A stretch of 32,000 bases of DNA, from assembly GCF_000009705.1 (NCBI RefSeq), contig NC_003272.1:330001-362000 (forward strand), written 5' to 3'. The notes under the pieces were generated by a model, which ran no database searches, had not been told where the DNA came from, and worked only from the letters and a program-made list of their open reading frames with translations. Position 1 is the stretch's first letter. Each line of letters starts with the position of its first letter. Made by a program: the position numbers and the translations under genes. Source of the stretch: Nostoc sp. PCC 7120 = FACHB-418 (GTDB lineage Bacteria > Cyanobacteriota > Cyanobacteriia > Cyanobacteriales > Nostocaceae). Below are positions 1-9,568 of the stretch, piece by piece.

Positions 1-179
1 GGTTTTATATATGTTTCTAAAGGATAAACTTCAATTCCTGTACCGTATTCATCCAAAGGAAAAACCATGTAGCTACCTGGATGGGGGAAAAAGGGAACGG
101 CTTCTCCATTCATAACTTCTGCTAGCACTTGAGCAACGTGATGGGGATTTTCAACAGAAATAGATATGTGGTGAATCAT
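1..179 (-). CDS. VOC (glyoxalase/bleomycin-resistance fold) family protein, N-terminal part only; the gene runs off the window edge
   Basis: Not in the ORF track because it is truncated. My translation of the minus strand from the ATG at complement(177..179) is MIHHISISVENPHHVAQVLAEVMNGEAVPFFPHPGSYMVFPLDEYGTGIEVYPLETYIK..., open to position 1. The N-terminus resembles VOC-family proteins (recalled, not searched). Confidence 0.5.
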   Translation of the reverse strand, partial: MIHHISISVENPHHVAQVLAEVMNGEAVPFFPHPGSYMVFPLDEYGTGIEVYPLETYIK

Positions 180-325
180 AATATTACCTCTCGCCCTGTC
201 GTTATAGGGCTAATAAACTTCATTTTTATTGCAGTTGGATATTTACACAATTGCCTTAATTACTTCTCATGGCTGACGCAGTAATTTATGCAATGGTGAG
301 CAAAAAAATGAGTGAGTGGCTTTCT

Positions 326-925
326 CTATAAAGTTGCTACAAGTTCTTTGAGGCGATCGCGTCCATCCCGAAACACAGACCAACCATCTCCTACTAACAC
401 AGCTTCCACCTTCTCCAATGCGGCTAATCTGCGAACTGAAGCTACAACTTTTTGCTTATTCACCAGCTTTTCATCAGGTAATACCTCCAAACCCCCGGCT
501 CGATATGCCCGGACTAAATCCCCTGTAATTAAGGTGGTTTCTTCCAACAGCAATGCTAACTCTCCGGGAGTTTTAGAACCTTCGAGTTCCAGTACCTTTA
601 GCCCCGGTACAAGTTCATCACCATCAGATAGCCAGCGATCGCAATATATAGGAAAATGCTCTTTCTCTGCGACTGGCCCGGCTATTTTGGCATAGGTTTG
701 GTCGGCAATTTCCTTCGCTGACCTTACATGATCGGAGTTTGTCAGGACAATCCAAGTCACTCCACCAAGAGACTCCAAGTGCTTCCAATCATGATTTGAT
801 AAAGCTACTGGATCAATCAAGATATTGCCTTCAGGGCGAATCCAGGCAAACCCATTGAAATCAATATTTCTTGCGGGGTTGAAAGTAGACCAGCTATATA
901 GATCAGGACGGTGCAGGGATTTCAT
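326..925 (-). CDS. MBL-fold metallo-hydrolase (small, about 200 aa)
   Basis: 199-aa ORF. WIVLTNSDHVRSA sits at the position of the HxHxDH metal motif, here degenerate. The beta-lactamase-fold pattern continues with GDLV...AGGLEVLPD. The antisense 127-aa ORF is a shadow. Confidence 0.7.
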   Translation of the reverse strand: MKSLHRPDLYSWSTFNPARNIDFNGFAWIRPEGNILIDPVALSNHDWKHLESLGGVTWIVLTNSDHVRSAKEIADQTYAKIAGPVAEKEHFPIYCDRWLSDGDELVPGLKVLELEGSKTPGELALLLEETTLITGDLVRAYRAGGLEVLPDEKLVNKQKVVASVRRLAALEKVEAVLVGDGWSVFRDGRDRLKELVATL

Positions 926-1109
926 AATAATTCTGGTTCTATACCTTCAATAGCTTTCAGTTGATCAATCTGCATCCTTAATTTATCAATAATTCCGTCT
1001 TTAGTTCAAAAATGAAAATATAGGGGCAGGAGTTAGAGAGCAGAGGGGAGAAATTACTCAAAGGTTGTCTCCCTTTCCCTCTGCCCCAATTCCTAACTTT
1101 TCCCACTCC

Positions 1110-4100
1110 TCAGACATAAGCAAAATCGACGGTATAAGGTTCCTCTAGTGATTGTTGAGTGCTGGCTTTTATCGTATCAAGATAACGGTGGAGCGCCTGC
1201 AATTGTTGGAAATTGGGGCGGTAGGTGAGATTGCCTTGTTTTTCAAACAGTTGTGTGTTGGCGTTGGCGTAGCCCGTCGTAGACATCGCTTGATAGTCAA
1301 TATTGCTGAGAGAATGTTTGGTAAGCCATGTAGATTCTGGGGAGGCGGGTATTAAGCCGGCTGGTAGTTCTCCTTCGAGGAATGCTAATAGTCGTTGCTG
1401 ACAAATATTAGTATTGATTCCACGTCCTTCAAATAACTGGAGAACTTCATTAAAAGATAAAGTCCGATTGGGCAAAAGTCGCAGTAATTCTGTAAATAGG
1501 AAGTAGTCTGTGTATTGATGTCTAGATTCTTCCAAGACTTGGGAATGTAGGGGTAGTAAAGCTAAACCACAAGCAACACGACTACAATTAGGTGCGCCAT
1601 TTTCTCCCAGGTATGAGTCTTGAATAATCTTGGCATTGGGGAGTTTTTGCCGCAACCACAGGTTGACAACCCCTAAATTAGCTACCCCACCGGTGAGAAT
1701 TGCTTGATTAATTGCTTCTGTGGGGATACCACGGGCTACTAATAATTTGTTGAGTTCACGATTTAGGCGACGGGCAAAGGGAACAAAAACCTGACTTTCT
1801 AATTCTCGACGCTGTAAAACCCATCGTTGGTCGGCTAATTCTAGGGTAAAAGATTCTTGATGTTGCAAAATTAGCTTTAATGCTAGGGCTGCATCTAAAA
1901 CTGCTTGTCCTAACAGAGAACTTTCCAAATGTTGCTGGAGGCGAATTCGTGCTGGAACATCAGGTTCTCCCAAGCGGGGCAATTCTAATGCTTCCAATCC
2001 CAAACTTTCCCATTGCATCCGGTCTAAACCAGGCATAGAGGGTTGCCATTGCCAAGGATTACTGGTAATTTTCTGAGTATCTTCTGGGCTTTCCCAGCGA
2101 GCTTTCCGGTATTTTGGTGATGCGAGTAATTGACAGATAATATCCTGCTCTATTCCTTTGCTGGCATAGGCAAAACTGTGAAGCATGAAATTATTATGTG
2201 TCAGTTGGGATAGATTATCAGGAATATCCACCAGCGCCATTTCTGTGGCTGTTCCTCCGATATTCATGATTAAGGTGTTACCCACCAGAGAATGATCACT
2301 ATTTTTGGCTGGGGATAAACCTTGGTGAGTGCTTAATTGCACTACCTGACCATTACCACCATCGATAAAACTGAGGAGACTAGCGATCGCCTCTTCTACA
2401 AAAAATACTTGTTGGGGATGTTGAACTAACTTACTTGTGAGTAAAGCTTCTCGGACATTAAAGCGATATTGTTCTGACCAACTGGAAGGACAATTACAAA
2501 TAATCCCCGCAATATTACTGACAATACCATGAAAAGTGCGTTGATTCAGACCGACAGCCGTAGCGATTAACCCTTGAGTTGTGCTGTAGCGGTCTGCTTT
2601 GAGGGTCAAGAGTAATTTGGAGAGCGATCGCACCACCCAAATCAAAGGACCAGCAGACGATTCATTAAATTGCAGTACAGGTTCCCATCTCTGCTGTTCA
2701 TTTTTGTAGGGAATAGCTACTTGTAAATAGGGCTTCAACTGCACTGAATACAGATGGTTTTTGATGTCAGTAACCTCTTGCTCAGAAGTAGCTTGGGGTA
2801 CAGAAGCAGTCGGCAAATAAACTTCTGCTGGTAGCCGGAACGATTGCTGGAAAGAATTTGCGCCTGGTTGAGCCTCCGTCGACCAGTAAATAGGATGCAC
2901 AACACCAGTGGAGCGATTTAACAAAGCAGCAGAAATTCCTGTGGTTCCCAAATCAATGCCTAAATACCAGACGGAATCGTCACTACGAGACTTAGTATCG
3001 GTATTTTTATTAACTGCATGATTAACCGAATCTGCTATGTCCTCTTGACCAGCAGAGGGAATTTCCGTTGCTTTTTCAGTAGTTGTAGTAAAGTTTAAGA
3101 CATTGGCTGCTGGAGGCGTAACAGAAGTCTGGTTAACCTCAGGAACGGAGAAAGCAACAACATTACTTTTTTCGGTAATCGGTGGTTGGGGTGGCTTTTC
3201 TTGGTGGTCAGCTACAGTATCAGCAACCTTTAACTCAGTTACTGGTGCTGACTCGGATGACGCATAATCATCTAACTTCGCCAAATCCTGATGTAATTGT
3301 AGCCACTGCTCCTCATTCAGAGAAATATCTGGTGCGGTAACCAACTGAGTTACTTCGGAAGATAGTAAATTTTCCTGCGGCGAAGCGGGAATATAATTAT
3401 CTGCCTGATGCTCAGGCTGCTCATGAGGTGTAATAACTTCTATGTCTTGAGCAATCTGGAGAACATTTGTCTGCTCTAAAAGCACAGACACATCCGCCAA
3501 ATCTTCGGCAAACTCAATATCTACCAGAGATGTAATCGTATCAGTACTGTTTGGTTGTACGGGTTCAATTTCTGGCAAGACAGGAATATTCAACGGAACT
3601 TCCGGCTCTATGGGTAGATCAGTTGATTGTGTTAGTACAACCGGGTTTTCTGGCGTTGGAGTATCATTGAAATCAAACAGATCAGCCTCTGGTTGATCTA
3701 ATAACAACGACGTTATTAATGCCTCTGCTGGTACTTCGGTAGATTCCGTCTCTGGAGTATCACTGAAATCAAACAAATCAGTATCTGATTGGTCAAACCA
3801 TACATCTGGCATAATTGCCGCAGTATCCTCCTCAGCTAGAAAATTACTTTCCATTACAGGGGGGCTATCATCAACATTCAACTCCAGTAAATCGGGAGTA
3901 ATTAAATCTGGGCTGACTTCCAGACTTTCACCTGCAAAATTATCATTACCAAACAAACTGGCATAAATCAGATCAACTTCATCATTAGCAAATTCCCAAC
4001 TGTTGGGTAACAGTGTGGTGAGATTGTCAGGATTCTCTAAAGATAAAGGTGCATCAACACCAAGCTGCAAAAGTACTGCATCTAGCTCATCTGTATCTGT

Positions 4101-5105
4101 CTGTGTTACCAATTCTTGGTCAAATTCGACCGTAGAAGTTGATTCTTCAAGAGCTACAGGGCTACTGGAATCAGCTGGTGTTGAAACTTCGATCACAGTA
4201 TGAACTGGGATTGATAATGATGGTGGGGCTGTGGGTGAAGAATTTTCTTCTTTGGGAGCAGATGGCTGGAAATTGGACAATTGTTGTAGAGATTGTGTCC
4301 AATTATTGATGAAGCCACCCATCAACTGTTCGCTTTGTAATCCCGTACTGTGCATTCTTGCCAGCGCTTGAGACAGAGATTCATGATAGGTATTAATATT
4401 GCGTTGTAGCGCCTCAAAAACAACGTTAACAGTACCATCCAGTGATAGTAAGCGTTGATCTAACTCTTTTGTCAGTTGTGTTAGCCTGTCTCCCTGTTCC
4501 GATGATTCCCAAAAAGTTTGAGCCATTGCAGGAGGTAAGTCCAATCTGGCACTGTTACTGCTGTTATAACTAGTGGGGTTTACTCCTCCTTCTGTCATCT
4601 GTGGTGTTAAAACTGGCAGTAAGCGACTCATGAGTACTTGTAAAAAGTCTGTGATAATCTGCTCTTGGTTGGCTAACTGCTGACTTAAGGAGTAATTTTG
4701 TAACCGTTTCTGTTCTAGTTGTCTAATTTCTTGTGCCAGAATTGTTCGCTCTTGCAACAGCGCCGTAATTTCCCCTTGCAACGGCTGTATTAATTCTGAC
4801 AATTCATTTTTTAATTGTTGGAATGGAATATTATTATCTTCTTGATGTGGCTGATGGGGTTGTGGTGCAGACTGATTTTGACCTTGCTCAACAAATTTTG
4901 TCAACAGCAGCGAATTATGATTTGGTTCATTCTCTAAGGTTTCACTTCCTTGGAGACTGACCAAAAAATTACGAACTCTTTCTAAAACCTCTTTTGGCTC
5001 TTGCGCCTGACTAGACAAAAGCCTAGACAGGCGCTTGCCATTGCTGTTGAGCAAATTGTCAATATCTGCAATCAGTTTTTGAATTTCATCAGTGCGGGAA
5101 GTCAC
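1110..5105 (-). CDS. Giant Hsp70/actin-fold (ASKHA) ATPase protein with an N-terminal coiled-coil and an acidic low-complexity region
   Basis: 1331-aa ORF with a GTG start. The C-terminal ~620 aa (about nt 1110-2990) carry phosphate-1 WYLGIDLGTTGISAALL, phosphate-2-like MNIGGTATEMALVD and adenosine-like AILTGGVANLG. No Hsp70 substrate-binding domain is recognisable. The N-terminal ~250 aa are Q/L-rich heptad-like. The middle is a D/E/P/T-rich region with a duplicated DLFDF(S/N)DTP motif. Confidence 0.8.
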   Translation of the reverse strand: MTSRTDEIQKLIADIDNLLNSNGKRLSRLLSSQAQEPKEVLERVRNFLVSLQGSETLENEPNHNSLLLTKFVEQGQNQSAPQPHQPHQEDNNIPFQQLKNELSELIQPLQGEITALLQERTILAQEIRQLEQKRLQNYSLSQQLANQEQIITDFLQVLMSRLLPVLTPQMTEGGVNPTSYNSSNSARLDLPPAMAQTFWESSEQGDRLTQLTKELDQRLLSLDGTVNVVFEALQRNINTYHESLSQALARMHSTGLQSEQLMGGFINNWTQSLQQLSNFQPSAPKEENSSPTAPPSLSIPVHTVIEVSTPADSSSPVALEESTSTVEFDQELVTQTDTDELDAVLLQLGVDAPLSLENPDNLTTLLPNSWEFANDEVDLIYASLFGNDNFAGESLEVSPDLITPDLLELNVDDSPPVMESNFLAEEDTAAIMPDVWFDQSDTDLFDFSDTPETESTEVPAEALITSLLLDQPEADLFDFNDTPTPENPVVLTQSTDLPIEPEVPLNIPVLPEIEPVQPNSTDTITSLVDIEFAEDLADVSVLLEQTNVLQIAQDIEVITPHEQPEHQADNYIPASPQENLLSSEVTQLVTAPDISLNEEQWLQLHQDLAKLDDYASSESAPVTELKVADTVADHQEKPPQPPITEKSNVVAFSVPEVNQTSVTPPAANVLNFTTTTEKATEIPSAGQEDIADSVNHAVNKNTDTKSRSDDSVWYLGIDLGTTGISAALLNRSTGVVHPIYWSTEAQPGANSFQQSFRLPAEVYLPTASVPQATSEQEVTDIKNHLYSVQLKPYLQVAIPYKNEQQRWEPVLQFNESSAGPLIWVVRSLSKLLLTLKADRYSTTQGLIATAVGLNQRTFHGIVSNIAGIICNCPSSWSEQYRFNVREALLTSKLVQHPQQVFFVEEAIASLLSFIDGGNGQVVQLSTHQGLSPAKNSDHSLVGNTLIMNIGGTATEMALVDIPDNLSQLTHNNFMLHSFAYASKGIEQDIICQLLASPKYRKARWESPEDTQKITSNPWQWQPSMPGLDRMQWESLGLEALELPRLGEPDVPARIRLQQHLESSLLGQAVLDAALALKLILQHQESFTLELADQRWVLQRRELESQVFVPFARRLNRELNKLLVARGIPTEAINQAILTGGVANLGVVNLWLRQKLPNAKIIQDSYLGENGAPNCSRVACGLALLPLHSQVLEESRHQYTDYFLFTELLRLLPNRTLSFNEVLQLFEGRGINTNICQQRLLAFLEGELPAGLIPASPESTWLTKHSLSNIDYQAMSTTGYANANTQLFEKQGNLTYRPNFQQLQALHRYLDTIKASTQQSLEEPYTVDFAYV

Positions 5106-5765
5106 TTTAAATTACCTTAGCTACAAATGTTAGGTTAACTGGATTAGAAAGTTAATTTACAATCAATTAAAGTACTGAGAGTTAGTTAGTGCATTTGTTT
5201 TATTTATGACCGATATTTGTGGCATTCCCTGGGGTTGCCGCCGATACCGTCAATTGGTAACTATCAAAAGTGAAAAAGGGGCGCTTAGATCGGGTTTTAG
5301 GATTGTGATTCAAGACGCTGCTTAATGCCGTGCTACCGCTAACAGCACTCAACACTTTTTCCAGTCAGTTTCTCAGACGATGTTACAGTCTCTTGGACTT
5401 CATAGTATGAAAACATAAAAAAAACCAAACCGCCAAGCAAATTGCCTATTATATAGCGGTACTTTGCTGCTAAAACGAGGCAGATACACTTAAAATCCTC
5501 GCCAATGAAGAGTTGTGCTGTCACAAATCTTAAAATCACGCCCTGATGAGATGCTTCTTGCTCCGCTCTTTGGTGACAACAGTAATTATTTTCTGACGCA
5601 AAAGTTCCTGAATGGCAACCCCTGGTATAGATTTATTAGCAAAAATTAACTACTTTGAGTATCATTAAGGTTGTTCGACAATTTTTGGTCAATTAGGTAG
5701 GTACTAGAAAATTAACTGGGAAATGAGCATGAGGGTGCAGGATAGATTTTAAATAAGACCTTTGT

Positions 5766-5779
5766 GTAATAACTATTAC
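5766..5779 (+). promoter_or_regulatory. GTA-N8-TAC palindrome (NtcA/CRP-family type site) upstream of the Crp-family regulator gene
   Basis: GTAATAACTATTAC at 5766-5779, 70 nt upstream of the ATG at 5849. A TAN3T-like hexamer TAGCGT lies at 5800-5805, 20 nt downstream of the palindrome. The pattern is expected several times by chance in 32 kb, so only its position supports it. Confidence 0.25.
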
Positions 5780-5848
5780 TCAATAGATTAGGCTAAATAT
5801 AGCGTTTTAATTTTTTACATATAGCCGCTTAATTATCATAATGTCGTA

Positions 5849-6547
5849 ATGGAAGACCGATATAGCTTGCAGTCGCCCGCTCATCCTTGGATGATCTCGG
5901 CTCCCTTTTTTCAAGGACTACCAGAAACTGCTGTAGAATTAGCCCTCAATCACCTTGTCACCCGTACACACCCAGCTAATCAGGTCATACTACTAGAAAA
6001 CGACTGGGGCGGCTCTGTATATTTTATAGTCGAAGGCTGGGTAAAAATCCGTACTTATAATCTCGAAGGGAAAGAGGTGACCCTGAATATTCTGGGTACG
6101 GGAGAATTGTTTGGTGAAATGGCAGCACTAGATGAAGTACCTCGGTCTACAGATGTAATTACTTTGACTACCACAATGATTGGTAGTATGCCTTCTCAAG
6201 ATTTTGTCAAGTTACTAAATACAGAACCTTTGGCAGGAGTTCGTTTATCTCAGTTAATGGCTCGGCGCTTGCGACAAGTAAATCGGCGCTTGCGGCTACG
6301 GGAATCTGATAGTCAGTCGCGGGTAGCAGATACTCTGCTGTTTTTAGCGGAAGGTCAAGGAAAACGGGGCCAGACAGGAACGGAACTTCCTAATTTACCT
6401 CATCGAGAGCTAAGTAGTTTGAGTGGTTTGGCACGAGAAACTGTTACCAGGGTATTGACAAGGTTAGAAAAAAAAGGCTTGATTAAGCGAGATCAAGACA
6501 CTATTTGTATTCCAGATTTGTCAGCCTTAGAAAAAATGTTAATTTAA
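5849..6547 (+). CDS. Crp/Fnr family transcriptional regulator
   Basis: 232-aa ORF. It has an N-terminal cNMP-binding-type beta barrel (FFQGLP..., YFIVEGWVKI, GELFGEMAAL) and a C-terminal HTH (HRELSSLSGLARETVTRVLTRLEKKGLI). Confidence 0.85.
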   Translation: MEDRYSLQSPAHPWMISAPFFQGLPETAVELALNHLVTRTHPANQVILLENDWGGSVYFIVEGWVKIRTYNLEGKEVTLNILGTGELFGEMAALDEVPRSTDVITLTTTMIGSMPSQDFVKLLNTEPLAGVRLSQLMARRLRQVNRRLRLRESDSQSRVADTLLFLAEGQGKRGQTGTELPNLPHRELSSLSGLARETVTRVLTRLEKKGLIKRDQDTICIPDLSALEKMLI

Positions 6548-6559
6548 CTAATTTTCCAG

Positions 6560-7333
6560 ATGAGTATTTTAGATTCTCTGCCAGATGAGCCAGAGGAAGA
6601 GACATCCCCTGAATCTCCAAATCCCCAAAATCCACAATCAGATCAGCAAGAACCTGAGAAACACAATGCTCAGACCAACGGCGGAGGACAACACGCTTTA
6701 CTATCTCCCCAGTTGAAAGTTGATGCGCCCTTAAGAATGGTAGAGACAGCTTTTTTAGCAAGCACCGCTAGCCTGATTTGGTTCATCAATTTTTACTTTC
6801 CCCTTGGCCCGGTGTTGCGGATATTTTTTCCTGTACCCATCGCCTTAGTTTATCTGCGTTGGGGTAAACGAGCAGCATGGATGGCGGCTGTTACCTCTGG
6901 TTTATTATTGTCTGTACTGATGGGGCCAGTCCGTAGTCTGTTGTTCGTTATGCCTTTTGCGTTTATGGGTGTGGTGCTAGGCGCAACATGGTACCGCCGC
7001 GCTCCCTGGATTGTTTCGATTACGCTGGGTACGCTGCTGGGTACTTTAGGGGTCTTTTTTCGGTTGTGGTTGTTGTCTGTGTTGTCGGGGGAAGACCTGT
7101 GGATTTATTTAATTACCCAAGTAACAGAACTCATAGAGTGGATATTCTTGAAGCTGGGATTATTAAATAGTCCTAGTGTATTTTTGATTCAGCTTGGGGC
7201 GGTAGCATTGATTATCATTAATAACTTTATTTATCTGTTTGTTGTACACTTGGCAGCATGGCTACTCTTAGATCGCTTAGGAAATCCCATTCCCCGTCCC
7301 CCTCGTTGGGTACAAGTCCTGATGGATTATTAG
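6560..7333 (+). CDS. Multi-pass membrane protein, DUF2232-like
   Basis: 257-aa ORF starting 13 nt after the Crp gene stop. An acidic/Q-rich N-terminal tail is followed by 5-6 hydrophobic helices (LIWFINFYFPLGPVLRIFFPVPIALVYL...). The DUF2232 name is from memory. Confidence 0.7.
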   Translation: MSILDSLPDEPEEETSPESPNPQNPQSDQQEPEKHNAQTNGGGQHALLSPQLKVDAPLRMVETAFLASTASLIWFINFYFPLGPVLRIFFPVPIALVYLRWGKRAAWMAAVTSGLLLSVLMGPVRSLLFVMPFAFMGVVLGATWYRRAPWIVSITLGTLLGTLGVFFRLWLLSVLSGEDLWIYLITQVTELIEWIFLKLGLLNSPSVFLIQLGAVALIIINNFIYLFVVHLAAWLLLDRLGNPIPRPPRWVQVLMDY

Positions 7334-7339
7334 AAATTA

Positions 7340-7390
7340 GTCAGTAGTCGGTGGTCAGTGGCAAAAAATAATTAACAACCGACAACTGAC
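7340..7390. repeat. STRR-like heptamer arrays forming an imperfect intergenic hairpin
   Basis: GTCAGTAGTCGGTGG (7340-7354) and CAACCGACAACTGAC (7376-7390) are about 13/15 complementary. Both arms are built of 7-nt units (TAGTCAG/TGGTCAG and CAACCGA/CAACTGA). The hairpin lies between the DUF2232-like stop and the next ATG at 7402. Confidence 0.5.
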
Positions 7391-7401
7391 AGCTAACAAT
7401 T

Positions 7402-8556
7402 ATGATTCGCATTTATACTCAACTTGAACAGGGTGAGGCTTGGTTGCGACGATATAGCGATCGCCTACCCTTGTTTACTTGTATTCTTGGTTTTACGGAA
7501 ACTGGACTAATTCCGGGCATTTCGGCGGCTGGTCGTACTCCAGAGGATCGGAAGTACACTGCCTGTGCTGATGCTGAGTTTTTATACTACGGTGCCGAAC
7601 ATCAGCCCCAATATCCTCTACCACCACTAACAGCCGGTGCATCCCCTGTCCTCATATCCCGCGCTGTGGTAGAAGCATTCAATATGCCAGTTTATTTATT
7701 TAACGCGGGTTTACCTCAGTCCCCTGCCATACCAGCAATTGATTTAGGTGGTTGTCCTGCTAAATGTTTGAGTACAGGCGCGGCGATGGAATTAACCACC
7801 GTAGAACATCTATTTAAGCAAGGTTTACTTTGGGGGGAACGCCTAGCGGCTGAAGTTCCAGAAGGATATGTAATTCTCAGCGAATGTGTTGTTGGTGGTA
7901 CTACCACTGCGCTGGCAATGTTAACTGGTCTGGGCATAAATGCAGCAGGCAAAGTTAACAGCAGTCACCCAGTTTGTAACCATGAGCAGAAATGGCAATT
8001 GGTACAGCAAGGCTTGGAGGCGGGGAAAGAAGCAGGGGGGCAGGGGGTGGGGTGCAGGGGGGACAAATCCCCAATCGATCCCCTCAAACTAGTCGCCGCA
8101 GTTGGTGATCCCATGCAGGTTGTAGTGGCGGGAATGGCGATCGCTGCTAGTCGCGGTTGTGGTGTAATGTTAGCTGGTGGTACGCAAATGTTAGCGGTTT
8201 ATGCTCTGGCGAGTGCGATCGCCGAGACTTACAATTTATCTTGGCAACCTACAGCCGTGGTAGTAGCTACAACCCGTTGGGTAGCAGAAGACTCAACAGG
8301 TGGTACGGTGGAATTAGCCCTAAACATAGGTAAAAATAGTCAATATCCTCAGATAATGACTCCGCCACTTTTAGCTACTAAACTGAGTTTTGCTAACTCT
8401 CAATACCCGCAACTCCAAGCCTATGAGCAAGGATTCGTCAAGGAAGGCGTAGGTGCTGGCGCTGCCTGCATAGCTGCCAATCTCTACAAGAATTGGCAGC
8501 AACATCAACTTTTACAAGCAATCGAAAACCAGATCCAGCGTCTTCTTGATAGATAG
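7402..8556 (+). CDS. UPF0284 / TIGR00303-type CobT-like protein (nicotinate-nucleotide--dimethylbenzimidazole phosphoribosyltransferase homolog)
   Basis: 384-aa ORF with FTETGLIPGISAAGRTPEDR, SECVVGGTTTALAML and VMLAGGTQMLAV. These are typical of the cyanobacterial CobT-like UPF0284 family (recalled). Confidence 0.75.
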   Translation: MIRIYTQLEQGEAWLRRYSDRLPLFTCILGFTETGLIPGISAAGRTPEDRKYTACADAEFLYYGAEHQPQYPLPPLTAGASPVLISRAVVEAFNMPVYLFNAGLPQSPAIPAIDLGGCPAKCLSTGAAMELTTVEHLFKQGLLWGERLAAEVPEGYVILSECVVGGTTTALAMLTGLGINAAGKVNSSHPVCNHEQKWQLVQQGLEAGKEAGGQGVGCRGDKSPIDPLKLVAAVGDPMQVVVAGMAIAASRGCGVMLAGGTQMLAVYALASAIAETYNLSWQPTAVVVATTRWVAEDSTGGTVELALNIGKNSQYPQIMTPPLLATKLSFANSQYPQLQAYEQGFVKEGVGAGAACIAANLYKNWQQHQLLQAIENQIQRLLDR

Positions 8557-8666
8557 ATAGGGAGTAGGGAAAAAGGAATTACCAATCACCAATTACCAAA
8601 AACAAAAATACCGGACTCAATAAAGTTACCGGTAAAGCCTGATAGATTGACTTTTGATTAATTAGT

Positions 8667-9041
8667 TTAGTGTATTCTTTCTCTAAGTAGTTGTTCTTCT
8701 AAAGCTGCAATCCGATTGTAAGCTGCGGTTAATTGTGCTGTCAGTCGTTGTATTTGAATTTCTGGTGATATGATTTTTTCCCCACTTTGACGGCTCATGT
8801 CTAGATAAACGCCGTCTATCAATACGTCCTTATGTTCTAGCTCCTGATTAAAACCAATCTGTCCTTTGAACTGGTAGTTACCAGCCTCATTATTCTCCAG
8901 ATAATTATCTTTTGCTTCGGTTCTTGCTAAAGAACATTCCGAAAAAGCTTGAGCGACTTTCACATCAAGCTGCTCAATAACCTGGTAGAGGGCATCCAGC
9001 TTATGACTCATAGCCAGGATTTGTTGTTGTAATGACTCCAT
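8667..9041 (-). CDS. Hypothetical coiled-coil protein
   Basis: 124-aa ORF with an ATG start. Heptad-like N- and C-terminal segments (QQQILAMSHKLDALYQVIEQLDVKV; QIQRLTAQLTAAYNRIAALEEQLL). No family recognised. A 527-bp very AT-rich region lies upstream. Confidence 0.5.
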   Translation of the reverse strand: MESLQQQILAMSHKLDALYQVIEQLDVKVAQAFSECSLARTEAKDNYLENNEAGNYQFKGQIGFNQELEHKDVLIDGVYLDMSRQSGEKIISPEIQIQRLTAQLTAAYNRIAALEEQLLRERIH

Positions 9042-9568
9042 TTAATACCCTCGTCCGCACATTTTCTCTATGTTATTCAATTTACTGACAATGTTAAATA
9101 TACTTATGAATTATTTAATGTTTCAAATTTTCCTTTGAAGAAAGAAACATATTTATTCATTTATCAAAAAAAATAAATATTCTATAAATATTATGCTCAT
9201 TTTTTGATTAAGAAAAATTAAGTAATAGGATGCTGAGAGATGTAAAACGTTACTGGATAAAGATTTAGGGCTTGATAAACTAACAATCATAAGATGCCAG
9301 AATGTAATATATCATCTGACTTTATGCCCTTTTATAGAAGTTTTTGAGCGAAATTGTATTAATAAATACTTTATGCTATAAGCATTAGAGTTGAGCTATG
9401 AGGAAACTATGACAATTCTCCATCTGCTAGCTATTAAATTTGTAGAAAAAATCTCCAGTATGAGAAATAGTTGAGTAAATTAATAATTCGCTTGCATTTT
9501 CTCTAATTATTCAAAATACTAGCTGCTTCAAACCTTCAATCTTTGTTATCTCTGTTTAATTTATATAT

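Noticed and set aside
312-695. 127-aa plus-strand ORF
   Set aside because: It is entirely antisense to the well-supported MBL-fold gene. Its S/P/T-rich low-complexity translation is typical of a shadow ORF.
5339-5539. 66-aa minus-strand ORF in the long intergenic region
   Set aside because: It has no ribosome-binding site or motif and a hydrophobic/low-complexity translation. It is more likely untranslated leader or promoter DNA.
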